From the NCBI GenBank assembly GCA_032718475.1, contig JAUCBJ010002353.1, forward strand, positions 1 through 42,117: a stretch of DNA of 42,117 nucleotides, in the 5' to 3' direction. Each line of letters begins with the position of its first letter. Position 1 is the stretch's first letter. The notes under the pieces were generated by a model. That model saw only the letters and a list, made by a program, of their open reading frames with translations. It was not told the origin of the DNA and did no database searches. This DNA is from Nemertoderma westbladi (Eukaryota; Animalia; Xenacoelomorpha). Made by a program: the position numbers and the translations under genes. Shown piece after piece: positions 21,591 to 33,592 of the stretch.

Positions 21591-22928
21591 CTAATTACTC
21601 CCTTTGGGATTGAGGAACTTACGAAAGATTCCGGGTCCATTCCAGTTCCCTTTCAACATAAAATCGAAATACAATTTGGGCATTAGATGCGCCTTCATGA
21701 GGTACATGAACCTACTGGACTTCGACTGATCCCATGGGAACGTCTCCAAGGGCTCGGCGTTAAAGTCGAACTCTGCAAGCATCACCCTGCCGTCTCCAAC
21801 GGTTAGTGGACACGATGTGTAACCGTTGTACAACGGTTTAACCACCCCGGAATCCATAGCCGCCTTTAGATTCCTCGCAACTACACCGCTTTGCGCAGAC
21901 ACGGCAGCCGCCGTCTTCGAGGTCGGGATGTGAACAGAATCGCCAATACCGAAGATATTCGGGTAGCGATTGTGCTGGAGGGTCTCTCTGTTTGTATCCA
22001 GGTAACGCGGTTCTTTGGGGGTCAGTAAGTCCGTTTCCTTAAGAACGTCCGGGGCACTTTGTGGAGGAGTTACGTGAAGCATTGAGTAAACAACCTTAAC
22101 AGTCTGTCCGGATTCCGAATCCTTAAACACAGCTTCGTTAGTTTCCGGTCTCACCTCGACTAGATTGTGTTTGAAGTGAGTAACTAAACCACGCTCGTTC
22201 GCCATGCTCTGTAACGCAGTCGCGTACTTCTTCACCGGGAATATCGCTGGACTCGCCGAATAGAAGTGGGTCTCTACAGCGAGTCCACGTTTCCGCCAAT
22301 GGGTGTCCGCGAGGTACATTATCTTCTGGGGAGCGCCTCCGCATTTAATTGGCCCCGCGGGGTGAGTAAATATCGCTGGCCCTGAAACTGTCGCTTCTAT
22401 TGCCGGGAAGGTTTTATGGACATAGACAGGTGAGTAGTTGGAACAAATATTCGAAGTTTTATCGAAGGCGTCAGGGAGACCTTTAATAAGATGGTAGTCG
22501 AGTTGGACTCCTAAAGCAACTAATAGGTAATCGTACGTTACCGTCGCGCCAGATTTAGTTGTAACGGAGTTTTCCCTGGGTTGTAGACTCGATACCGAAT
22601 CCTGAATCCAGTCCACTCCTTTAGGGATTAAGGATTCGGTGGAGCGGACCGACTCAGAGAAGTCCTTGAGTCCTGCTCCTACCAGGGTCCACATAGGTTG
22701 GTAGTAATGTTCGCCTTTGGGTTCGATTATCGCACATTGTCCGTCGCCCACGAACGGTCCTAGTTTCGCCGCTACAGATACGCCGCCCGCACCGCCGCCA
22801 GCCACAAGCAGTCGGTAGTGGTTACTGTGGCGTCGCAGCTCGCCTGTACCGAAGTAACGCGAGGTGTTCCTTAACCTATAACTGTTGCGGAACATTGAAC
22901 TCCCGCTAGTTCGAGCAAGGTAATTCAT
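21591..22928 (-). CDS. SQOR: Sulfide:quinone oxidoreductase, mitochondrial, single-exon CDS
   Basis: Arg/Ser-rich presequence; GGGAGG FAD-binding motif; HYYQPMWTLVG; both catalytic Cys motifs (IKCGGAPQK, GYTSCPL); FGIGD...SKTAAAV; LAEFDF...ETFP.DQ. Confidence 0.96.
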   Translation of the reverse strand: MNYLARTSGSSMFRNSYRLRNTSRYFGTGELRRHSNHYRLLVAGGGAGGVSVAAKLGPFVGDGQCAIIEPKGEHYYQPMWTLVGAGLKDFSESVRSTESLIPKGVDWIQDSVSSLQPRENSVTTKSGATVTYDYLLVALGVQLDYHLIKGLPDAFDKTSNICSNYSPVYVHKTFPAIEATVSGPAIFTHPAGPIKCGGAPQKIMYLADTHWRKRGLAVETHFYSASPAIFPVKKYATALQSMANERGLVTHFKHNLVEVRPETNEAVFKDSESGQTVKVVYSMLHVTPPQSAPDVLKETDLLTPKEPRYLDTNRETLQHNRYPNIFGIGDSVHIPTSKTAAAVSAQSGVVARNLKAAMDSGVVKPLYNGYTSCPLTVGDGRVMLAEFDFNAEPLETFPWDQSKSSRFMYLMKAHLMPKLYFDFMLKGNWNGPGIFRKFLNPKGSN

Positions 22929-25900
22929 CTTTGTGTTTTTACCTCCGTGGTTGTTCAGTATGGTACCATAGATCTATATGTAACTGCGTACAGTGTAACA
23001 GGATACAAGTTCAACCTAAAACTCAATCGTTTGATAAAATAGACCTAATAAAATTGTATGACACATATTATTTTAATGTATTACAGTATTAAGATTTAAA
23101 TGTGATTCCAATTCAAATAACTGATGGTGGGTAGTTATTAAGGTTACAGTGGGACAAAGGTTACAAAACAGTTTTTTCGAAAATTGCAAGTCAAATGTTA
23201 CAAAGTCAACGTTTAGTATCACTATAGGCCCTACTGTATTAGAGTCAAAGTTTAGTATCACTATAGGCCCTACTGTATTAGAGTCAAAGTTTAGCAATAG
23301 CGAGTCAAAGATTACACCATTCAAATACAGTATGAAGCTAGCCTACATAAAGAAATAGGAAATGTGAAAGGTTACAATAATGCAATAATACATGTCAACA
23401 TGTCGCAGGTTACACAATAATATTTTCTCACACGGATCTTATGGTTGAGCGATATTTATTCTGTATTCCCACATAATTGGGTGACCTTTGATCCCGGGTT
23501 TTAGAATTTCTACAGCCTTAACTCTGATTTGAAAATGCGCCGAAATTTAAAGAAACTCAACGTATAATTTAGGAAAGGAGCAGGTTACAGTGGCACATTA
23601 TTTTACCAAAAACCAAAATAACAAACAAAAGAAAATAGAACAGGTTACATTACTATTTTTGCTATTAAACAGCTGTTGTTTGCGTTGATTGTCCCCTAGA
23701 GAGGGATGTATTTTGATTGCGTCCCACTTACCTATTAAATTGGTTACCTTCGACTCCTTCATTTCGCACCTCTTTGACTCATAATTTTCGAAAGAGCAAT
23801 TTTGTAATACTTGGAACTCTAACGTCATATTCGACACAGAATCACCTACTGCACATACAGTATCATGGCCAAAACATATGTTATATACCTAAGCAATTTT
23901 TTGTCTCAAAAGGTGACAGGGGGGGGGGGGGGGGGAGGGACTCGACGTAAAACCCGCCTTGGCGAATTAATATCCCGCCTCAATGTTAAATTCTCAATTT
24001 AGGGAAAGGAGCAGGTTATAGTGGCACGTTATTTTAACCAAAACAATGAACTAAACACAATAGAACAGGTTACAGTTTTATTTTTGAGAGTAATCATCTG
24101 TTATTTGCGTCCAATTTACCCTGGAGATGGATGAATTTTTATTTCGTCCAGTTTCCCCACCTACAGTATCTCCTCAAAAGAGGCCAGTTTTTTTAATATC
24201 ATTATAAATGCATATTGAATAGCAACACTGCCACTAATCTTATTCATGTTCATATAATTACGTCAAAAATGCAGTGCAATGTTAATGTATATAATGGTTC
24301 TAAATTATAATTAAGTAACATTATTACAAATATTAAGTGGAATTTACTAACCTAGGCCTACTTTATAATAAATATTGATAGTATATTTTGCAATATAAAA
24401 AATTAAAAATAATACGGTATTATTCAGAAATCGTTCATACTCATAAGTCAATCAGGCTAAAAAAACACCCCGAATATAGGATAAATTTTTGGCGCCCCCT
24501 AGCGGCTGACGAGAGATTCAAAAAATGTCGCTAAAAAGACTATTCATCCGTTATTTTCCATTTTTATTTTTCGATACCACAGTGTTTGAAAGTAGCATAT
24601 GATCATTTTCATCATATTTTCGACTAGTTTTTTGTCTATTCATTTTCTATTTCTGATATCGACAATAATTGGCAATTTTGTTAAAAAAATTCAAAATTAA
24701 AACAAAATTTACAAACCCATGTTTTTTCTAATTTTTCATTAAAAATGGGGAAATATTATAAAATTAAGAAAGAAAACTGGTCGAAATTTATTGAAGCTTA
24801 GGAAATTACCTTTCAAAAAAATCAAAAAATCCAAAAACGGTTAAGAAATGGCGGAAGAGTAGTAATTTTCGTATGACAAAATGTCATCCAGATATAATTG
24901 CCTTCAAAGTTCAAACCTTCGGCGCAAAATTGCCTCTATGGGGTCTGTTTGGTTTAATAGTGTCTGACAGGTAGGAAGCACACAACAACGCTAAAACTAC
25001 TGTATGTTTACGACGGTTTTCGGGGTCGCTGATTTCATCTTCTTTGTCAGTATTTGGTTGAATAATTCGTCGGTCGGTTGTCTGTCTGTCTTACATTTTG
25101 ACACAGATTTCTAGACATATATTCCACGATAAATTTTTCAGATTAAATCCCAATTAAATTCTTCCCTGGATGGCATAAAAAAAATTTATTAATTTTTTTC
25201 TGAAGAACCAACCCCTCCCCCCCTCCCCCTTAAAATAATATAGTTAATTAAATAGAAAATTTACTGTTTGAAATTGAAATTTTTCCTTTTTGGGCAGTGA
25301 AAATATCTTTGTAAAAAATATGTCGGCAAAGCAAAAAAGTTATTACGTACAGTAAAACATAAACCAACAAATAAGGCAATAAACTGAACAAACAATCACT
25401 TATTAAATTTCCATACCATACTACTAACAATGAAATTAAATAAGGTTTTGCTAATTAATTATTTTTTCCGTAATTGTACATTGTTCTCTCACATTGGATA
25501 CTACGGAGTCCATTCACTCCATTATATAGATATAGATACATAAGCCATTTTATAATATTGAATATAGGCCTATCACATTTGAAACATTTAATAACTTGTA
25601 AATTCTTAGAGCCATTTTGGTTTACAAATTCCTTTATCCATATAGAGTTTATTATTTTACCAAAAATCGGACTGAAAAACACCGCAACATTTATCCCAAC
25701 TAATAATAATTTTTGACCTTATTATTTATTTTGTGAGAGTTTGTGTTCAGAGTTCGGGTCTGTCAACTCTACCCCGCAGCAAATCTTTCGGGCTTACAAA
25801 GTAGAAAATAAACATTAAGAAATATTTTTCTGATGGGCAGGAATAACCTTGTTTACCAAAAGTGTTTTCTTTTGCCTGAATGACTAAAGGTTTATATAGA

Positions 25901-26016
25901 ATGACAGATCTATTGACTGACAGATAGATTGACTATAGATAGACTAGCAGTTCTGACGAAAAATAAGTTTGGATTAACACGAATACGAAATCGCTAGCAT
26001 GGGACAATAAAATGTT

Positions 26017-27828
26017 TCAAAGGCCCAATAACTCAACAAGACATAGAAGCTCATCATCTGTAGATTCCTCATTGCCCTCGTGCACGGATCCACCACCATC
26101 ATTCGATTCGTTGTCAGTCGACTCATCCTCCTCACCAGTTGAACCATCATCACTCTCTTCGTAAATATATTTAGCACTAAAAAAATTCAACTGGCTACTT
26201 CTATTCCAAACTGATTCAGCTAATCGCTGTATATGTGCTTCAGTCCAGTGATCAGCTAAAGAAACAACAGAAAACAAGACAAGTCCATTTAGATGACTAG
26301 ATCGTATAATATTGTCTATTTCTTCAAAAGACTCCGCTTGTGGCGGTTCATAATCCCAACGGTAACGTAATTCAATACAGAGTTCTTTTAATGAGGATAT
26401 CGATCGTAATGCAGTTATCACACTGTGATAGTCGCAGCGAGATATATGAAGAGTGTTAATAGTATGTATAAAGGGAGGGCCATCGTTCTCACATTCAACG
26501 AGAAATCCCTGCAGTAGAAGAGTCTTCAGATTTGGTAACAAACGGCATAAATGGGCCAATGATATAGCGTCATCAGACCAGTTAGTAGAGAATTCAAAGT
26601 GTGTTACTGTCGGTAAATATGATGTTCCCGTTGCCAGAAGGATTCTCTGAAACCAAGAGTGACAGCTATCATCAGATATTATAGATAGAGATGATAATTT
26701 ATTAAACAGATTAAGTTGGTCAAACAGTCTAAGTTCAGAACGTATGTCATCCTCATCCCTGGCTGTTTCAAACTTCCCACATATACTTAAACTTTCCAAT
26801 GTGTTCATACAATGAGGAATAACTAAGTCACTAAGTTTCTCAGTAACACGAGCTAGAGGGGCCGTAGTTCTCGTATGCGTCTCGTAAGCAGGAATAGTTA
26901 GACCACACAGATTAAATTCGATAAAACGAAAATCAGTCGTGTGGCGATTAATTAATCCATCTAGAATGTCCATCGTTAGATCAGTAATAATAGTGACCTG
27001 AGGAAATAAATAATGGAAGTCAATTATACCATCAACTGTAACATTACAACATTTTTTAATGTTAATCATCTGCAACATTTTCAGTTGGCCCACTTCTTTG
27101 AATGCAGGTGTACAAATAGTGGAATTAGGAATAGATAATGTTTCAAGGTTGGGACAACTGCCCACTATACCATTTAGAATAACACAACGTATGTTACTCG
27201 TGAAAATATTTGTAAGGTTAATAAATTCGATGCCACTAGTAAAGAACAACGCAAGGAGCTCAACAATTTCATATTGGTAATTGGGTTTGGAAGAATGATA
27301 GCGAGCATGTGATTCGTTTTCGTACAGGTTAGCAATATACAATGTAGTCAATTTATCAGAAACTTTGTGTTTGGGGAGCAATTGTAGTATAATGGTAGGG
27401 ATATTTTTTGGAAACTGAACTTGGAAATCCCGACTGAAAATTATTTCATTGCATTGCCATTGGTAAAAAAATAATTCTTTATAGGTTTCCATGACATATT
27501 CCAATGTTGGACACATGTAATTATTAACTGCATCAGGTTGTAATTTCTTATACATCAACTCTAACTGCTCCACCGCAAAAACATATGCATGAATGATGTA
27601 GTTCCGAAAATTGATGTACAGTTTAGGAGCGAGTCCAGTCCTCAACCAATTAAACATTAAGTCACTATCACGATCACGATCAAGATATTTGTGCTGCCAC
27701 TTTCTAGACTCTGCCCTTACCATCCCCGCAGTTAATGTCCTTGTTATAATTACAATACAAGTTTCCTGTAGAGTCAATAAGCGACAGTTCTTCATCAAAA
27801 TAACGGCACTAATACCGCCCGCGGCCAT
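26017..27828 (-). CDS. Uncharacterised 603-aa leucine-rich-repeat protein with N-terminal BC-box-like motif and acidic tail, single-exon CDS
   Basis: Long ORF in AT-rich DNA. TLQETCIVII (BC box), LRR-like CPNLETLSI, LKMLQMINIKKCCNVT, LPNLKTLLL, ISSLKELCI; Asp/Glu-rich C-terminus. Confidence 0.7.
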   Translation of the reverse strand: MAAGGISAVILMKNCRLLTLQETCIVIITRTLTAGMVRAESRKWQHKYLDRDRDSDLMFNWLRTGLAPKLYINFRNYIIHAYVFAVEQLELMYKKLQPDAVNNYMCPTLEYVMETYKELFFYQWQCNEIIFSRDFQVQFPKNIPTIILQLLPKHKVSDKLTTLYIANLYENESHARYHSSKPNYQYEIVELLALFFTSGIEFINLTNIFTSNIRCVILNGIVGSCPNLETLSIPNSTICTPAFKEVGQLKMLQMINIKKCCNVTVDGIIDFHYLFPQVTIITDLTMDILDGLINRHTTDFRFIEFNLCGLTIPAYETHTRTTAPLARVTEKLSDLVIPHCMNTLESLSICGKFETARDEDDIRSELRLFDQLNLFNKLSSLSIISDDSCHSWFQRILLATGTSYLPTVTHFEFSTNWSDDAISLAHLCRLLPNLKTLLLQGFLVECENDGPPFIHTINTLHISRCDYHSVITALRSISSLKELCIELRYRWDYEPPQAESFEEIDNIIRSSHLNGLVLFSVVSLADHWTEAHIQRLAESVWNRSSQLNFFSAKYIYEESDDGSTGEEDESTDNESNDGGGSVHEGNEESTDDELLCLVELLGL

Positions 27829-28278
27829 GCTCGATTTAGCAGCTTTAATAATTCAACATTTGGAATACAGGAATATATTTGGTAGGTGCATAGGTGTGGC
27901 AACAAGGCCATAGAACAGTAGAGAGGGGAAGGGCAGGCCTAGGGCACTAGAGCAAAAACAGGTACCGGTACCGGTACCGGTAATCCAGAATGGCAAAGTG
28001 CGTTTTAAAGAGACTTAAACACCATGCCTAACTGCAGAACTGCCTAATAGGCCTATAACAATATTTGTTTTACAGACGGTCGTTTCCGTTTTACCCTCCA
28101 CCCTCTGGGGATTATTCTATTCAAGGCTGCACCTGCTAGGCATTAATGAAATATTAAATAAAATTAGGCATTTAGGACACACAAATCTTGAAATCTAAAA
28201 CAGTAAAACTTAAAGCAATACGATAACATTGGTAGATTGGGTAAATGATAAAACTGGGATAGGCAAGGCATATGGTAG

Positions 28279-29867
28279 TACACGTTCGTGGGGCCTTCGC
28301 GCAGCACGAGGCCCAGTTATGAGATACAAATTAAAATTGTGCGACTGTATCACAAAATCAGGTTATGAGAGATTAACCCACACCACCAATTAATCAAAGA
28401 AAGGGGGACAGTACGTGTTCACCCCTTTTAATCTGCCCCCCCCCCTCCCTCCCCCCACCCACCAATACATAACCGCGACATCTACCACCCACGGAAGGGT
28501 AGCACGAACTTATTTCCAAACGCACGTTCAATATGCAAAGCCAGGTGGTTTATAGGAATATACTCGTCTTCATTATAAGCCTCTTTGCGTTCGACCTGTT
28601 TTGTATTAAAATATATTTATTAAACGCAGGCTGACACTCTTTATAATAATAATACCTAGGGATGCCAGCTTCCAGACTTTCAATCTTTACTGCCGCGCAA
28701 ACCCCGCAGAGGAAGTTTAAGCCCATCGGCAATTGGTGTTTCAATTCCGGTCCAGGAACTCTGACAATGGGAGCATTCAATCTTAGCTGTGGTCCATTCC
28801 CGTGGTTTCGGCTTCCTTTTCTTCGTCCCAATGACAGATTATTCTGAAGACGTTCCATTCGCTTTCAGTTTATTGTTGGCGTTTGTGTTTTGAAGTTGTA
28901 TTCGAGTGGACAGTCGCGCCGGTTTCGAGGTAACCATACCGACCTGTGATAAGCGTTGGTTTTGTTGAGTACCGGTATTCATCTTCTCTCACCTCTTCAA
29001 TGCCAGATGTTGCAAATACTGATAACACGAATAACGGTATATTTTTCAATACTTGTCAATAGTAATATATATAATTTAGATAACTATTTTATATCTGTAG
29101 GCCTACTGTTGAGCAAACTCTACATAAATTCCAACCTGTGTATCGCCGGTAGTTCTGTTGCTGTGCAAAGTGCTGAAGTGCCGGCAGCCGGCACCGGTAG
29201 TAGGGTGGTACCTGGGTACCTACGGTGCGCACTACAACGGCAGTACAGCAATACGGTGTACCGTGCCAATGACTGAATGATTAGCGGTAACTATCTAAAC
29301 TATTATATTATTATTACCGGTGCCGGTACTGGGCTAATTACTGAATTAGGCCTAAACTATAATCACCGCAAGGGTTGCCGGGGCCATGTTTAATTAGATT
29401 ACATGATATGGCATGTCTGCAGTGTATGGTACCGGCTGACCAGTGTTGCAGTATTGACTGATTGCAGGATTCTCGATTCAGGGATTGAGTACAGCCTAAC
29501 AGCCTAACAGTACCGGTACATGCAGATTCGCCGACAGCCCCAATGTATTGCAAAATTTGTCAGAAACCCAGCTGATTTATCCTACAGTAATAATAATTTA
29601 ACGCATTTTAATTTTGGATAAATAAATTTATTATAACTGCAATAACAGTTACACTGATGCTGCACGAAGGCCCCACGCAAATTCTACTTGGAAAATTTTC
29701 AAACTTTTGCCAAACAACATGTGTACCAAGTTTGGATAGATTTTATCAAGGATTGGCCGAGTTATTAACGTTTAAAATAAAATACTGAAAAAAAAACGCG
29801 ACAGAACGACAGGTTGATTAATGGTACCCCTACGCTAAGGCTCACTCACTTCGTGGCTCGCCCCACA
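28279..29867 (-). mobile_element. Longer HINE/Helitron-like element sharing termini with 20729-21240
   Basis: Minus strand starts TGTGGGGCGAGCCACGAAGT..GAGCCTTAGCG and ends CGTGCTGCGCGAAGGCCCCACGAACGTGTA. Internal inverted copy of the 3' motif at 29658-29676. Confidence 0.72.
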
Positions 29868-30293
29868 GAGAGTAGTAGTAGGGCCTATATAATGCATAAT
29901 GCTGTAATGGCACTCTTATAGTAAAAGTTAAAATTGAAAACCTAGCAACCAGTCTGCCAGTTAGGGCAGTAGGCAGGTAGGGCGGGCAGGCGGGGTTTCT
30001 ATTAAACTAAAACCTGAATTCGTTGTCTAACTCAGTAAACTACTGTACTGCCTGACTGCTGTAGAGTAGCAGTAGGCCTACTGCTGTACTGTTCAAATGG
30101 CTGGATTGGGGTTTGGTTGGTGCAAGGACTACTGAAGCAGCTTAGCTTCAGTACCGGTACTGCAGTAGTCCTTGTGCCTTGGGTTGGTGTAAAGAACATT
30201 GAGATCACCATTTTGAACTTCCCGCCAAATCAGTCCAACTAGAGCGCTCTTAAATTAATAATAAGAGAGCTCTAGATAATATCTGAATATTAA

Positions 30294-31055
30294 GGGGGGG
30301 GGGGGGGGGGGGGTACACCATTTTGGTCCAAAATATGTCGAAATTTTTTTTATGGTCTATTATAATGCACCATTGAACGGTGTTTCCAAATATGAAAACC
30401 GCTATTTAATAGCTCTTTTAGTTTTCAAGTTATAACAATTTCCATTTAGGAAACATATTGAAATTACTATTACTATGTATAAGGCAAGGTCGATTATCTC
30501 CAAATATTTTTTTTATAAAATTGTCAATTTCAAAACCCTACTACTTCTACAATTTTTGAGCAATTAGTCTGAAACTTTCTGTGGGTGTCTACATAGCCAC
30601 CCTGCATAAAAGGTTTCGACAACTTTTCGAAATTTTTTGTTAATAAAATTTTATACTATTTATAACAAACCTTACAATTAACATAAATTTGCAGCGCCAC
30701 CTAGCGGTGCAGAATTATTTTCACAAAATTTCACCTGATAGTTATGTTGCCCCATCTTTGGTCTATCATATAAAAAAACTTTCACGTGATTATATTCAAA
30801 ACTGTAAAAGCCTTTTTTTTTTTTTTTTTTTTTTTTTTAGTTTTTTTTTTAAGTTTTTTTTATTGTTAACTAATATATAATAATACTAACTAATATTAAA
30901 TAGCAAAAAAAAATTTCTGACCTGTCATGTAGAATAGCATCTTAGGCACCTATATTCCAAATTTAAGCCAAACCCAAACAATTTTGAAACGCTGAGAGTG
31001 ATAAATCGAGGAGTTGTCCGAAAATGGTGTACCCCCCCCCCCCCCCCCCCCCCCC
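30294..31055. mobile_element. MITE with TTAA TSD and G-run termini (Kolobok-like)
   Basis: TTAA|G20-TACACCATTTT ... AAAATGGTGTA-C24|TTAA. Purine-starting ends fit Kolobok better than piggyBac. Inserted in a degenerate repeat (TAGAGCGCTCT / AATATCTGAATA, 30238-31305). Confidence 0.78.
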
Positions 31056-33592
31056 TTAAGAGAACTCTAGATAAATATCTGAATAATATTTAGAGCGCCC
31101 TAGTTAAATATCTGAATATTAAGAGCACTCATGAGTGTTATTTATCTAGAGCGCTCTAAATATTGTTCAGATATTTACCTTGCAAGGTAAATATCTGAAC
31201 AATATTTCGAGCGCTGTAGTTAAATATCTGAATATTAAGGGAATGGCACTCAAGGTAAATAAATATCTGAATAATATTTAGAGCGCTCCAGTTAAATATC
31301 TGAACGCTAAAAAGTAGCCTTTGCATACAATGATGTACAGTATGTAATTTTGTTACATTATGTCAACTTATCAGCGTTCGGTCTGTGAAGAAAGGATTTC
31401 ATGAATGCTCATTTATACATTTTAATCATGTACAGTACTATCGAACACAATATAAGTCAAATTTATTAACAGGTACACGGTATTAATTATACATTTAAAT
31501 AGAATTGAAGTTTATTGGAAGTTATCTCCTATATGGATGTGATATATCATTAATCCATCTTGACTTTAGTCGACTGAATGTCGACTGGTTTTTACCGTCT
31601 GTGTGCGTTCAGTTTTACTGAACACTGTCTAATACAAAGAATAAATAAATATTTGTTCTAGAATATCCTATAATACCCCCCTACATTTTCTATAAACATG
31701 TTAACTAAATTATATTCATGCCTGTGCATGTAGTTAAATAAGAATAATCCACTATATCTTTATAGAATACAGTTATTTTAACATCAACAATTACCATGAC
31801 AAACATCATGTTATAATTTCATAAATGCAAGCAAAAAATGATTAGTGTTGTTTGTTGTTTGCCCACCGTATCATTTCATAACTATTGTTAATTATAGATA
31901 ACTCCAGATCGCACAGACATTTTATTTTTATTTTACTCTCTGCAAGGCAATAATTTAATAATACCTTAATTCAAAGTCTGTATTTGATTAAAATGTAATA
32001 TTATAAAACTATTAATATCAAATTCCGAATGTTGAGAACTTCTTCCCTTACTAATATTATTATGTTATTTTTCATTTTCATTTAATTGATAAACTTCGTT
32101 AAAACTTACAGTGGAAGATATCTCATACAGTACTTCCAAATTACATACAAATTAATATGACTGTATACTGTATTACGGTAGTCAGATTTCTCAAACTAGA
32201 AAAATTATCAGGCTGCCACTTTTGAATGAGCAACTTTAGTAATATTTAGTAAGATGAGAGATAGGCCGGCCACATACATTTAGATATAGTTATTATTCTT
32301 TGCAAATCAGACTTATGTTTCAGCAGGAGCATCCCAGAATTATATGAGAATAGGAATGAGTTTAGGTCGGGGGGGGGGGGGGGGGGGTGTTTATTATTGT
32401 TAGAGCGCTGCTGGCAAAACTGCTGGCGCAGGCCAGCAGCGAAAATATATGATTTGTAACAATATGAGAAATTAATTAACTTTATAAGAACGATGGAAAT
32501 AATAAGTCTTTGTATACACATCACTTTCCAGCAAGCAGTTTAAAATGGATATTGAAATATTTTAAGGCACTCCCATTAAATTATTGCTAATATTGTGAAA
32601 TTACGTGGTTGCGACATTTATAGTGTTATGTGGCTAATAACCAATTCAAAATCAATATCAAAACTGCTATAGGCTTTCAAACACATTTAAATTAAAAATA
32701 AATTTATTTATTGTCACACTGATGCACCCAATCCAGATCTGTGTAGTAACAGTACATCAGTCCATGTTTAACATTAGAGCCCCTACAAACATTTTATATT
32801 ATATATTTCACACTGAACCCTAGGCCTAAGATTACATTTTCAGAAATTGTATAATTACAGTATAAAATAATAATATTGTAATTTAATTGTTTTAGGCTCC
32901 AGTACAATGCGGCACACAGTGCCAAATTTTGCACCCACTTCCGAAAAATACAAGTTTTGAGATGTATTTCATTGTTGAATAGGAGGCATATTGTAGCATC
33001 TGCAATGCATCAGAAATTGGGAAAACCAATAAGGCATGAGTGGCTCTATCAAAAATATATACAGTACCATTCCTGGACCTATCCCGACATCCTGAAGTAC
33101 TGAAGTGTTTTTGTGCCACAGAGGGAAAGTGTACTTTAAACAGGGGTCAGACTTTGACACGAAATCACATGAACGAGATATTGATGGTTGTTACTTACTA
33201 CACCAACATGGAACGGGCAGCACTAATAATCAGCTAGAGATATCATAACATACAGTATGACAAACGGGGAAATTATGCTACTGCAAGTGCAACTGCAACT
33301 GCACCTGTATGTGTATAGGATAAAGTAAATAGGATTTATAAAATATAGTTTGATTGTTGACAGCATAGCAGCTGCGTTATTCCAGTTAACACCTACTGAC
33401 CTATAAAGCATACAAATTACAAAAGACCCACCTGATGCCTGATGGCAGCCTGGTGAAGGTACCGGTACTTTATAGAACGTGAACGTGGATATACACTATT
33501 GAATATACAGTAACATACTGACATAACTGATAACTGGATAAGGCAAGGCTGTGTACAGTGTACTGGCTGACTAGTGTAAGGCAGCAAGTGTA

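Noticed and set aside
21591-22928. Bacterial contamination or horizontal transfer of SQOR
   Set aside because: It has a mitochondrial-type presequence and animal-type motifs, and it is embedded among animal genes and TEs.
13671-23295. Small local duplications (21-bp x3 at 13671, ~36-bp x2 at 14541, 37-bp x2 at ~23211)
   Set aside because: Ordinary slippage or TE-internal repeats with no further structure.
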